Part shown: in pieces, positions 1-10,600 of the stretch | Numbering within the stretch: position 1 is the first letter of the stretch | Layout: every line of letters begins with the position of its first letter | Source: a virus | Lineage: Duplodnaviria; Caudoviricetes | Virus record (IMG/VR): IMGVR_UViG_3300030372_002234 | Span: 1-64,000 of that record | DNA: 64,000 bases | Reading direction: 5' to 3' (one strand) | The notes under the pieces: generated by a model | Seen by the model: the letters and a program-made list of their open reading frames with translations, nothing else | Database searches by the model: none | What the model was told of the DNA's origin: nothing | Translations under genes and position numbers: made by a program

Positions 1-39
1 GTTTACGAAAAGCAAGGCGAAGGTGGAAATGTTAAATGA
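1..39 (+). CDS. 3' end of an upstream gene (…VYEKQGEGGNVK*), possibly terminase small subunit
   Basis: Open frame 1 ending TGA at 37-39 and overlapping the TerL ATG (ATGA overlap). Identity is inferred from position only. Confidence 0.3.
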   Translation, partial: VYEKQGEGGNVK

Positions 40-1730
40 ATATACCCCAAGAAATGACTGAAGATTTCAGGAACCACTTGTGGGCCTGCTTCAAGTATCT
101 AGGCTTGGGGGAGCCTACGCCATTACAATACGCTATGGCAGAAAAATTACAGCACGGCCCTGAGGGCTTCCAGCTTCAGGCTGGTCGTGGTGCTGGTAAG
201 TCTGTGTTAACAGCTTGCTTTGCATCGTGGTTGCTGCTTAGAGATCCTAATACAACTGTAATGGTTATGTCAGCTACGGCTAATAAGTCTACGGAGTTTA
301 TCTCTATGACTCGCCGTATTCTGTCCCTTGTTCCGTATTGTCAGCACATGGAACCCGGTCCAAACACTAAGGATAATGCCTTTGGGTTCAACGTCGAAAA
401 CAGAACTTCACACGGTCAGGATATGAGTTGCTTTGCTAAAGGTGTTACCGGACAGATTACCGGGTCACACGCCGATTGGGTTATTCTAGATGACGTTGAG
501 ATTGAGAAAAACTCCGAGACGGCAGAGAGCCGTGAGAGGCTTCTCACGAAGGTCTGGGAGATTGAACAGATCCGTAACCCCGGAGAGGGTGGTGTACGCA
601 TTCTAGGTACGCCTCAGACTTCTGAGTCTATCTACCGTAAGATGGCTGACGGTTATCCAATCCACAAGTTCCCGGCCCTAATGCCGGACCCATCCGTAGA
701 AGGTCAAATTGAAAATTGTGCTGATTACATTAAAGAATTAGACTTAGAACCCGGAGACTCTACTCAGCCTGAACGATTTCCGCTGGATCTCTTAATAGAG
801 CGTAAAGCAAAAGTTGGACCTAAGTTGTTTTCTTTGCACTACCACCTTGATACAACTCTAGCAGATGCTGAAAGGTATCCCCTTAAGTTAGCTGATTTGG
901 TAGTATTAGATCTCGATTATGAAGTAGCTCCTGAAAAAGTCGTGTGGGCTTCTAAACAAGTTAATAAATCAATGCCTTGTTTTGGTTTAAGTGGAGATGT
1001 TATTTATGAACCTATGTGGATTTCTCAAAATTACCAGCCTTATGTCCAAAAAGTCATGCACATTGACCCTAGTGGAAGAGGTGCTGACGAAACAGCCATA
1101 TGCTGTAGTGGCTATCTTAATGGTTATGTTTATATTATGGAGCTTCTTGGCTACGATGGCGGTTACGACGAAGGGACGCTCAAAAAAATCGTCCAAGTCG
1201 CAATCGAAACGGATGTAAAATTAATTCGATTTGAGTCTAACTGGGGTGACGCTATGTTTGGTCAGATCCTGCTACCCGTCATGCAGCGCATGGGGTGTAA
1301 GGCAGGCATCGAAGAGTACCGAGTCACCGGAAATAAGAATAAAAGAATTATTGATACTCTTGAACCAGTCATGAATTCACACCGTTTAATTATAGACCGA
1401 AAGTCTATCCGTCAGGAAAAGACCCAGAGGCAACTTACCCGTATTACAGAAGTACGCGGGAGCCTTGCTCACGATGACCGCGTAGACGCACTAGCAGCCT
1501 CTGTGAGCTATTGGGAAGAAGCAATGGGGGTCAACGTCGATAAGATGATTGAAACGTCTGAGATCGCCCGTCAGGAGGCCGTAGTAAAAGACTGGATGGA
1601 TGACGAAAGGCGTATTATGGCTATTGCTTATGATCGCACTATTGGTAACGTAGAAGTTAACGGTAAGGAATTTCGGATGCAGACTCCTAAACCGTTTAGA
1701 AATAGGTTGTTAAGGAAATTTAAACGATGA
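36..1730 (+). CDS. terL: Terminase large subunit (T7 gp19-like)
   Basis: Walker A QAGRGAGKS, Walker B ILDDVE, motif ILGTPQT, nuclease motifs HIDPSGRGADET and HDDRVDALA; 564 aa. Confidence 0.95.
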   Translation: MNIPQEMTEDFRNHLWACFKYLGLGEPTPLQYAMAEKLQHGPEGFQLQAGRGAGKSVLTACFASWLLLRDPNTTVMVMSATANKSTEFISMTRRILSLVPYCQHMEPGPNTKDNAFGFNVENRTSHGQDMSCFAKGVTGQITGSHADWVILDDVEIEKNSETAESRERLLTKVWEIEQIRNPGEGGVRILGTPQTSESIYRKMADGYPIHKFPALMPDPSVEGQIENCADYIKELDLEPGDSTQPERFPLDLLIERKAKVGPKLFSLHYHLDTTLADAERYPLKLADLVVLDLDYEVAPEKVVWASKQVNKSMPCFGLSGDVIYEPMWISQNYQPYVQKVMHIDPSGRGADETAICCSGYLNGYVYIMELLGYDGGYDEGTLKKIVQVAIETDVKLIRFESNWGDAMFGQILLPVMQRMGCKAGIEEYRVTGNKNKRIIDTLEPVMNSHRLIIDRKSIRQEKTQRQLTRITEVRGSLAHDDRVDALAASVSYWEEAMGVNVDKMIETSEIARQEAVVKDWMDDERRIMAIAYDRTIGNVEVNGKEFRMQTPKPFRNRLLRKFKR

Positions 1731-2218
1731 GAATTGTGACCGGCATAGGACCGAGAGTCGGTTCTTCTTTTGTAATGAAATCCCTTAGGGATGCGGGTCT
1801 TCCTGTAATAGGCAGGAAATTCTGGGAGTTTACGGCCAAGGACGAAAACCCAGACGGTTATTGGGAACCCCATCCTATTGAAACAAAGAAAAACATTTAT
1901 ACCGATAAATGGAAAAATAAAGTTGTAAAAATTTGGCCTAGCGTGTTGCTAAAAACCCCAGTATATAACATAGATCGTATGGTTGTCTTAGAAAGACAAG
2001 ATAGACAACGACAAGAAGAGAGTGTCACTAGGGTTCACAAGAAAGAACAAGAACTAGTAAGTTATGATTCTCCTTTTAATCCTATCACTGACATTATTGA
2101 TTGGTCTAGGTGGTGTCTATCAAGAGCATTAGAAGAAGCTAACTATCCCATACTTAGGGTGTATACTGAGGATCTTTCTAATAATATAAATAAGATAATT
2201 GAATTTATGGAGAAATAA
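1727..2218 (+). CDS. Sulfotransferase-like (P-loop/PAPS-binding-like) protein
   Basis: N-terminal IVTGIGPRVGSSFVMKSL resembles the GxPRSGTS 5'-PSB loop, and DENPDGYWE resembles the NPxGY(F/Y/W)E motif of small bacterial sulfotransferase-family proteins. Confidence 0.6.
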   Translation: MRIVTGIGPRVGSSFVMKSLRDAGLPVIGRKFWEFTAKDENPDGYWEPHPIETKKNIYTDKWKNKVVKIWPSVLLKTPVYNIDRMVVLERQDRQRQEESVTRVHKKEQELVSYDSPFNPITDIIDWSRWCLSRALEEANYPILRVYTEDLSNNINKIIEFMEK

Positions 2219-2219
2219 T

Positions 2220-2966
2220 ATGGGTGTAGGAATTGCTATGGGAGCCGCCGCTATTGGCATGGGAGTTATGGGTGCTATTAGTGCCAATGACGCAGCGTCA
2301 GCAGAAAATGCGGCAAGAACGGCTCAGTATGTACATCAAACTAGTAGAGAAACTTGGCAATACGGTGAAGCTTCATGGGCTACTGCCCAACAAAACGCAA
2401 ATCGATGGATGCAAAATCAAGTTAATATGGAAGCAGCGGCTAGAAATTATGGTTTAAATCAAATAGCTTTAGCTAAAACTACAGAAGCCAGAAGAAAACA
2501 AATTAGTAGAGCACAAAAAACTCAAACAGCTTCTGTTACTTCTTCATTAAATAGTAAAGTAGGTCTTAACTCAGGTACAGCCGAACGCATTCTTAAACAA
2601 ATGGAATTACAGGGTGCTGAAAATTGGTCTAATGAATTTAAAACAAAACTTAATTCACAAAGACAACTCAAACAACAGTATGATAACAACATTAGACAAG
2701 GTAGTGATTTAGGTTATAATGTACTCGGCCCTTATCAGCCCGGACTTCCGCCTCAAATGCAGAATGTTGGTATGGCTACTATGATGGGTGGTATCCAAGG
2801 AGCCGCTCAGGGTATCCAGATGGTTGGTGGTATCATGGGTGCCATGAACAGTTATCAGCAATGGTCTGCTGGAGGTGCCGGTGGTGGCGGTGATTTAGGA
2901 ACACTAGGTAATGCAGCAGCGTCCGATTCTACAGGCGATGCCTATATGGCAGCAATGGGATTCTAA
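2220..2966 (+). CDS. Internal virion protein B-like (T7 gp14 analogue)
   Basis: GGAG then ATG at 2220; Gly/Ala-rich N-terminus (MGVGIAMGAAAIGMG), Gln-rich helical middle, Gly-rich C-terminus; first of three ejectosome-like genes. Confidence 0.6.
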   Translation: MGVGIAMGAAAIGMGVMGAISANDAASAENAARTAQYVHQTSRETWQYGEASWATAQQNANRWMQNQVNMEAAARNYGLNQIALAKTTEARRKQISRAQKTQTASVTSSLNSKVGLNSGTAERILKQMELQGAENWSNEFKTKLNSQRQLKQQYDNNIRQGSDLGYNVLGPYQPGLPPQMQNVGMATMMGGIQGAAQGIQMVGGIMGAMNSYQQWSAGGAGGGGDLGTLGNAAASDSTGDAYMAAMGF

Positions 2967-2977
2967 GGAGATAAACA

Positions 2978-5900
2978 ATGCCAAGAGAAACACGAAGACA
3001 AGAGCAGACTGGGAGAATTAATCCCCAGATGCAGTACGTAGAAGAACAACAGTTTATGTCCCAAGAAATTCCGGGTAAAGTAGCACAGCAGAGTAATCAG
3101 TTTAAAACAATTTTTGGAAAAGACTCGGCTAGTGCCTTTGCTACACAGCCGTCACCAATGCAAAATTTAATGAGTATTGTGGGTGGTATTTATCAAGGAG
3201 TTGACGCAGCGGGAAAAACTTTTCAAACTGCTGTTGATATCGATAAACAAAAAGATGCTAGAATGGCTCGAAACTTAGAAGAACAAATGAAAGTTATCGA
3301 TAGTGATCCTGATCTTACGCCAGAACAAAAACAGTGGGCTAAATTTAAATTACAAGGTGAAGGATTTCAATCCGCTTTAAGACCAGAAACTAAAGACTAT
3401 TATAAATATAGTCAAGATATTACAATGAATAATGTAGAGTTTTTAGACGATACTGAAAACTTTGCTAATACTTTGTTAGCGTTCCAGAAAAAAGCTTTAA
3501 AAATGACTGCTGAGGAACGACTTGAAAAGTTACCGGGAATGTTTAGAACACTTGAAGAATCTTACCCCGGTTTTTCAGATAAAATTAGAGAACAAGCAAG
3601 AGCTTCTGAATTAAAAACACACGAATTAATTTGGAAAGAAAACGCAGGTAAAACAGCAGCAGCTTGGGATATTGCGTTACAAGAAGTATTCAGTACTCCT
3701 TCTCTTCAAGACCCCGCTAAACTTTACTCTATGACACCTGAAGCTATTTACAACATGGCAGCAGGTATTATGGATAAAAATACAGATACTGGCTCTTTAA
3801 TGGAAAACGTTGAAGATGATTCGGCTCTTCGTGATATTCTTATGACTAAAGCAAATGAATCTTTGTTTGCTGGTCAAGCTAACGCACGACATAATCAAAA
3901 AATGGGCAGACTTACTGAAACAGCTAGAATGATCGGTACTGAAGAACGAAGCGGATCTTATGACGGTATATGGGGAGCTTTAGAGTTTGGAGGAATTGGT
4001 GTTATTAGCCAACTTGCTACTAACCCTGCTGTTCAAGCAGAAAGTAATTTAGGAGTATCTTTTGGTAAAAACTTACAAAGTTTTAGAAACATGTTGTATC
4101 GTACACCATCTCCAGATATGTTACTTAAATTCTACGAAGCAGCTAATTACCAAAGATTTAATTTAGAAAACGCTGAAGAACAGTTCGGTGTAGATTCTGA
4201 TCAAGCTAGATTAAAAAATGCTTTTGATTACGCCGATAGATTAAGAGAAAGAAGAAATAACGGTGAAACTATTGGTTGGCTTGATTTAGCTCCTTTAAGA
4301 CTTTCTGCTGGATATATGATTGAAAGCGAACTTCAAGAATCTTATAACATGTCAAAAGGAAGAGAAGATCCAAATAATGAGTTTGCTTTTCAAGCTCTTA
4401 AAAGTTTTACAGACGATCACGGACCTGTGGATGGCATCGGTAAACATTTACAGAAAAAAGAATTTGATGAAGAAAACGAACAATCTGTTTTTGAGTCTGA
4501 TTTAAATTCTGTTGAGTTTTATTTAGGAAGAAGAACTGAAGCTACTAACTGGGAACAAACTAGTAATACTTTACAAGTAGGAACAAGTGCTGTTATTGCT
4601 AATTTAGAAGCTGAAAGAGATTTATTAAATTTAGATATGTTTAATTACTTTAAAGACCCAGCTTACGGACAGTCTAGCCTTGATTCTGCTGACGTTAGTA
4701 CAGATATTCAAACACTGACAAAAGCACGAAACGAATTAATGGGTATTATGGTAATGCCGTCTCCTATGCAGGCACAGCAAAATGACAGAAAAAACGAAAT
4801 AGTCAAAACTATTTTTAGTATTACAAATGCTTATGACCTTACGATTCCTAAACCAGTAAGAACAGATAGTGCTGATATGGAAAGGTTATCTGACCTTAGT
4901 GCTTCTGTAGCAGGCTGGGATACTAAAAAAACGTTTTTAGAAGGAAAACCTATTGTTGTTAACGCATTTCGAGATAAACCAGTACACGAAACAAGAAATT
5001 TGTTTCAAGGTATTAGAGATCTATTAAATGATGGTTTTAATGAAGTCGAAGAGTTTGTTCCTGACATAATCGAAGAAGATATTTTAAAAACTATGGAAGA
5101 TTTTGATAAGTTACTAAACGACCCTAATGCAACAACAGAAGATATTGCTTCTGTTGGCATGGGACTTTTAACAGAATTTGAAATGTTTGCAGAACCCGAC
5201 CAAAAAGATTCAAATGAGTGGAATGCTTGGAGTTATTGGACTGGGCAGTTAGGGACTATTAAAAAAAATATATTAAGTAATATAAAACAGACTGCTAAAC
5301 CCAATGAGTTTTTAGATGTAAAAAACTCAAATGGTGATGTATATGCTATTGGCCCTAATCCTGAAAACGCCGAGCAATGGGGAAGAACTTTTCTTGGTAT
5401 TTTACCCATTGCGGCATCGGGTGGTATTAACTCTGAGATTCAAAACCCTGAGACAAGTAACGCAAGTATTGAGTTTTTAAGCAAAGGTATTCAAGCAATA
5501 GGAGAAAGTTTTGCTACGGGTTATAACTCAGATCCAAATCTTTCTCAACCGGAACGAATTGCAAAAGGTTTTGAAATGTTAACTCCTAATCAAAGAGACA
5601 TTTTAGCTCAGTACCATCAAACTGCTAGGGATCCTCTTACTAGTTATCAAATTCCCGAAAAACTTAAAAGAGATATGCGTGACGCTTTTATTGTTCCTAT
5701 GTTAAACGAACAAACAAGAGGAGAATACGAACGATTAAGAAAACAAGCAAGATCTATGGAAACCGGTGCTATTGCAGCAGAGACTATTACAACAATAGAT
5801 TATTTTATGCCTGTGTTTTCTAACCCAGAAAATCCAGTGGATACCGCTAGAGCAGCACAGGGCTTAAATATTGCTTTATCTAATTTTAATAAACAAGGTA

Positions 5901-7552
5901 GTTATATTGATGGCGTTAGAGATATTACATTTGATAACGCTGACCCAATTTTTGTAGGTTTAAAAGAAGCTTTAAATAGACCAGCATCAGCAGCTTACGT
6001 AAATGATAAAGGTTATTTATCTGTGTTACCCGGAGAAGTTACGTTAAACCAACGATGGGGTTTAATGTTAACAGGTGAAATTACAAACGTAGGCCAAGAA
6101 GAATTACAAAACTTAGCTCCTACTCCTACTTTAGATTTTGAAATGTTAACAGCTTTATATGGAACTAACGATAATTTAAGAACTGCTGCGGCTCAGTTAA
6201 ATCACAGACAGCAAATTCTTCAAGAAACTCTTGGGCCTTTAATGGGAGAATATACAGGTACGTCTCCAGACGCAGATTTACAGCAAAGAGGTCGAATAGT
6301 TCAAGGTTCTCAGTTAGCCGCCGGATTAAACTCAGGAGAACAGATTATATTAGCTATTGAACCTACTTCAATTAATGCAGGTCTTAGTGAGGGAGCGTTA
6401 AGACGAAACGCTTCAGGACAGTGGATTGATAAAAAAGATGCTGTTATTACAGATGCGGCTCAAATTAGAGAGTTATTAGAAAAAGATATGAGTGGTCCTA
6501 ACCCTAATTGGCAAGTAAAAGCACATAAAATTGGAACCCCTAATATACCTGTCGGTTCTACGTCAGAACACCCAGCTAATCTAGCTTCTGTTTCTCCTGT
6601 AGATCCGGCTCAGTTTTATGCAAGTCCTCCAAGTAATGCAATGGTTCCTGAAACAGAACAAAGAAGAACAGCAGCTTTAGCTCAAACTCCCGCACCAAAA
6701 GGTGCTACTAGTGCTATTGTACGGCATATGACTGAAAGCCCTCTTTCTAATTTAAGAAAAGCGGCTGAATTATCAGGACAATCTGAAACTGTTTTTGGTA
6801 TAGGTTTTGTAAACTTTTTACAAGCTTTTGAATCAGATGTAGCTACAAATAATATTCCAAATTCTGAAGGTAAAAACGTTTCTGTAGCTATTGACGGTAA
6901 TGTACAGAGAAATGCAGATAAAGAAGACGGGACTAAAGCTTTTGGTTCAAACCAACGGTACGGAAGAAGTGCCGCTGTTACAGAATCTTTCATGCAGGGC
7001 TATGCTATTCTTAACCATGAAATTGGTTTATTAATTGAAGAAGGTCTTACTGGAGAAGATCTTGCTGAAGCAGTAAATAGAATAACAGGAGAATTAGCAC
7101 AGCAAATTGGAACTGAAAACGGATTACGAACATTTAGACGGGGTGAAGAAACTCTTGATTTTATTGGTAACGATACAAGAAAAGACTATCCTTATCCTCA
7201 CGATCTTATGGATAGCGTACAATCTTCTGCTTATGCTGATCCTAATTACAGAACGCTAATGGGACATACCTTAGATCCCGGTCAGTCTCAGTCAGAAAGA
7301 GCTATAACTAGCAGCCGAAGTAATTATAACTCAAGAATAAATAGAGAACAAATGTCAAAAGAAACTAAAGATAATTTAGGAACACAAGTTACGGCAGTGA
7401 GACAGAGAGGCTCTGTTAGTGCTCCTCATGCTATGGAATTAGGAGGTGCTGGAGGTGGATACGTAGGCTTACAATCTACTGAAACGTATAAATACATGTC
7501 TTGGACTTTACCAGTAACACCTTATCGCGCTTGGCTTTATCGAAATAAATAA
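2978..7552 (+). CDS. Internal virion protein C-like (gp15 analogue), 1524 aa
   Basis: Long ORF with AAGGAG RBS, between gp14-like and gp16-like genes; assignment is from synteny only. Confidence 0.55.
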   Translation: MPRETRRQEQTGRINPQMQYVEEQQFMSQEIPGKVAQQSNQFKTIFGKDSASAFATQPSPMQNLMSIVGGIYQGVDAAGKTFQTAVDIDKQKDARMARNLEEQMKVIDSDPDLTPEQKQWAKFKLQGEGFQSALRPETKDYYKYSQDITMNNVEFLDDTENFANTLLAFQKKALKMTAEERLEKLPGMFRTLEESYPGFSDKIREQARASELKTHELIWKENAGKTAAAWDIALQEVFSTPSLQDPAKLYSMTPEAIYNMAAGIMDKNTDTGSLMENVEDDSALRDILMTKANESLFAGQANARHNQKMGRLTETARMIGTEERSGSYDGIWGALEFGGIGVISQLATNPAVQAESNLGVSFGKNLQSFRNMLYRTPSPDMLLKFYEAANYQRFNLENAEEQFGVDSDQARLKNAFDYADRLRERRNNGETIGWLDLAPLRLSAGYMIESELQESYNMSKGREDPNNEFAFQALKSFTDDHGPVDGIGKHLQKKEFDEENEQSVFESDLNSVEFYLGRRTEATNWEQTSNTLQVGTSAVIANLEAERDLLNLDMFNYFKDPAYGQSSLDSADVSTDIQTLTKARNELMGIMVMPSPMQAQQNDRKNEIVKTIFSITNAYDLTIPKPVRTDSADMERLSDLSASVAGWDTKKTFLEGKPIVVNAFRDKPVHETRNLFQGIRDLLNDGFNEVEEFVPDIIEEDILKTMEDFDKLLNDPNATTEDIASVGMGLLTEFEMFAEPDQKDSNEWNAWSYWTGQLGTIKKNILSNIKQTAKPNEFLDVKNSNGDVYAIGPNPENAEQWGRTFLGILPIAASGGINSEIQNPETSNASIEFLSKGIQAIGESFATGYNSDPNLSQPERIAKGFEMLTPNQRDILAQYHQTARDPLTSYQIPEKLKRDMRDAFIVPMLNEQTRGEYERLRKQARSMETGAIAAETITTIDYFMPVFSNPENPVDTARAAQGLNIALSNFNKQGSYIDGVRDITFDNADPIFVGLKEALNRPASAAYVNDKGYLSVLPGEVTLNQRWGLMLTGEITNVGQEELQNLAPTPTLDFEMLTALYGTNDNLRTAAAQLNHRQQILQETLGPLMGEYTGTSPDADLQQRGRIVQGSQLAAGLNSGEQIILAIEPTSINAGLSEGALRRNASGQWIDKKDAVITDAAQIRELLEKDMSGPNPNWQVKAHKIGTPNIPVGSTSEHPANLASVSPVDPAQFYASPPSNAMVPETEQRRTAALAQTPAPKGATSAIVRHMTESPLSNLRKAAELSGQSETVFGIGFVNFLQAFESDVATNNIPNSEGKNVSVAIDGNVQRNADKEDGTKAFGSNQRYGRSAAVTESFMQGYAILNHEIGLLIEEGLTGEDLAEAVNRITGELAQQIGTENGLRTFRRGEETLDFIGNDTRKDYPYPHDLMDSVQSSAYADPNYRTLMGHTLDPGQSQSERAITSSRSNYNSRINREQMSKETKDNLGTQVTAVRQRGSVSAPHAMELGGAGGGYVGLQSTETYKYMSWTLPVTPYRAWLYRNK

Positions 7553-7604
7553 TTTCACTTATTAACATATTCTGTGAGAACAGAAATACAAAGGAAATAT
7601 ATAC

Positions 7605-10600
7605 ATGTCTAATTTTACTGCGAACTCTCAATGGTTTAAAGATTACGTTCAATCAATTGAAATAGCTGAATTTAATAAAGAACGACCTAAAAGAAATTTT
7701 AAAGATTACAGAAAAGAACAAACAATTGCTAGTCGAGTTGAAAACGAACGATTTATGAATGACTTTTCTTCTTTAGTTTCTTTAGTCCCAGAATATGATT
7801 ATACTGATGAATTGGCTGACTCTAAAGAAAACCTTCTTGGAATGTTTAGATTAAATTTCTCAGAACAAACTGAACGTAATGCAGCAAGAGACGCAAAAAG
7901 AGACGAATTAGCTTCTTTAGTTACTGACGAACAAAGAACTGTTTACGATACTACTCAAACTAGTATTATTACAGATTTAAAAGAAGCGACAAAAAACAAT
8001 ACTCCTTTGTGGCAAGTAATGAACCCAGACGATTTTGTGTGGAAAGATACAGGAGAAGCAACTACTAGGTTGTATGATACTACTAACGGTTATTCTATGT
8101 CTCAGTACACTACTTTTACTACTGCGGACACTTATAAAAGTTGGTTTGGAGCAACAAGACGAGTTAAAATGGGCGGAGCGCAAAGACTTCAGCTTAATGA
8201 ATCTCTTGCTGACAGCTTTAGAAAAATTGCAACTGAAGCAAAAATTAGATGGGATTTTGAAGGACCAATTGCTGAAGCAAATGGCCTCACTATTAAACAA
8301 TACATTGATGAAGCTATTGCCGAAAACCCAGATCAGTGGTGGTTTTTTAGAAACATTGGAGATCTCTTTTATACCACAGAACAAGGAAACCAAATTGACG
8401 GTAGAGTAGCACCGTGGAATTCTTCTATGTTGTCTGAACGTCTTTTATCAATGACTGATGAAAACTGGACTAGCGAAGGCGGAGACAGAGATAAGCTTTT
8501 AGCTATTTTTAAAATGGACGAAAATGAGATTGGACCAACTGGTATTATCGAAGGTGACGTTAGGAAGTTTATTGCAGAAAACCCTACTTTAATTGAAGAC
8601 CTTCAAAACTCTAATAACGGATGGCAGTTTATTTCAGCTTTAAATAAACGAAAATCTGAACGTGTTATTGGTAATTATTTAACTGAAAATAATAACAGTT
8701 ATGGTGCTGCTGGTTTTATGAACTTACTGGGGTATGGATTTACAACCGACCCTGCAATAGCCTTAGACATTGCAGCTACTGTTGGTCTTACAATCGCAAC
8801 TGGTGGTGGTTATGTTGGCGTGAGAGCAGCGGCAGGAGTTTTACAAATTGGGTCAAAACTTAAATTTGGACTGTCTATAGCTAAATCAGCTAAAAAAGCA
8901 AAGCACTTTAAAAGAATGGTAAAACGTGCCCACGATGGTAAAACAGTAGGAAGATACAGAGCGGCATCAGCGGTAGGAAAAACCTTACGTGGTATTGGAG
9001 AAGCTACTATGTTTAGTAGAAGACTCTTGCCAACACAGATTGTGTCTGAGCTTTTCTTCCCTAGTCTTAAATTTTTGCGCCATTCAAGAGCTATGAAAAA
9101 AGGTGATGATGCTGCGGATGCCGCAACTTCATGGTGGAAATACTTAAAGAACGAAAATTACTTAGGCGATAGCGTAGGTAGGAGAATGCTGCATAGATCT
9201 ATTGGTGGAGCTATGGAAGGCGTTGTTTGGGGAAGCATTGAATACGGAGTTATGGAAGACTACCAAGATAGAACCAACTCTCTTATTTTTGGTAACGATG
9301 CAGCAGCAGCCTTAGCTTTAGATCGTGACAGGTCAGGAGCTTACGGTCATATGCTTATGTTTGGTGTTGCATTTGGTGGTTTAGGTGGCCCTCTTATTGG
9401 TGAAACCTTCACGCAAGTAGGTAAAATTCCTCAGGGAATGATGATCGGCGGAATGAAAATGAGCCAGTGGGCTGATCAGGTTCTTTCTCCGGGCGGTCAA
9501 GAAGCTATGGGATATGCTAAAGCACCGTTTGCTAAACGGTTTGGTGCTAGAATTGTACAGGGAACCGGAAATGCAGTTACTTGGCTTGGCGGAGGAAACC
9601 AGTATAGCGTAGAACAGCAGTACTTAATGTATAAAGCATTAAGTAAAATTTCTCAAACAGAATTACTTAAGATGGCAGAAGCTGATGATAACGGTGTTGC
9701 TATGACTAAAGTTCTTCAGGATATTGAAGACAGAATTTCTAAATATCAGTGGGCAGCTTCTGAGGCTGGCTTAGACATTAGAGAAGCTTTTAAAAGCGCA
9801 GAAGATGTTATGGATGGTAAACCAGAAAAGGAACGTACTTCCTCGGCGTTTATTAAACAAGTTGAAGATCACTTAGAAGGACAAGAAATTGCAGCTAGAG
9901 GTAAAGCTGGGTTTAGGTCTAGAGTTAGACAAGCCGTATTAGCCGAGTTCCAAGAAAGAATGAGATCAGGACAAGATGTGGGTATTATGGAAAAGGCAAT
10001 GGAAGAAGCTGACCCAAATAACCCGCCATCTGATCCAGAGGTTTCTAATTTAAATAAAACAGTTACAGATATTCAAGAAGAAAGTGCAAAAGTTAGCAAA
10101 GAACGAGAAGCTGTTGTTCAAGAACAAGCCAGAAGAAAAGAAGGATTAGAACCAGATGAACCAGCACGAACCCCAGAACAAATTGAAGGAGAGTTCGCTG
10201 AACAGGTAAAACTTCGAGACGAAGAAACTATTGCTGCTAAAACAGAAGAAAACAATAAAGCTAAGGCAGAGTTAAAAGAGCTTAATAAATCAAAACGTAA
10301 AGGCGTATCTAAAAAACAGTTTAAAAAAGACAATCCTCGTGTTGAAGAATTAGAAACTACCATTAGAGAAACTGATAAATTTCTTGCAGATGCTGAAGAA
10401 GCTAAAAAAGTTTCTATTGAAGAAGCAGAAGCAAAGAAAAATGCAGAGCTTGAAGAAGCTAAAAAAGATCTTCAAAATCTTTCTGATGATGAGTTAACCG
10501 AAAGATTAAACGACTTAGATGTTATTTTAGGTGAAAGACTTTACGAACTTGAGTCAGAAGCATATGCTTACTGGCAGGCTAACCCTGAAAAGTTTGTTAA

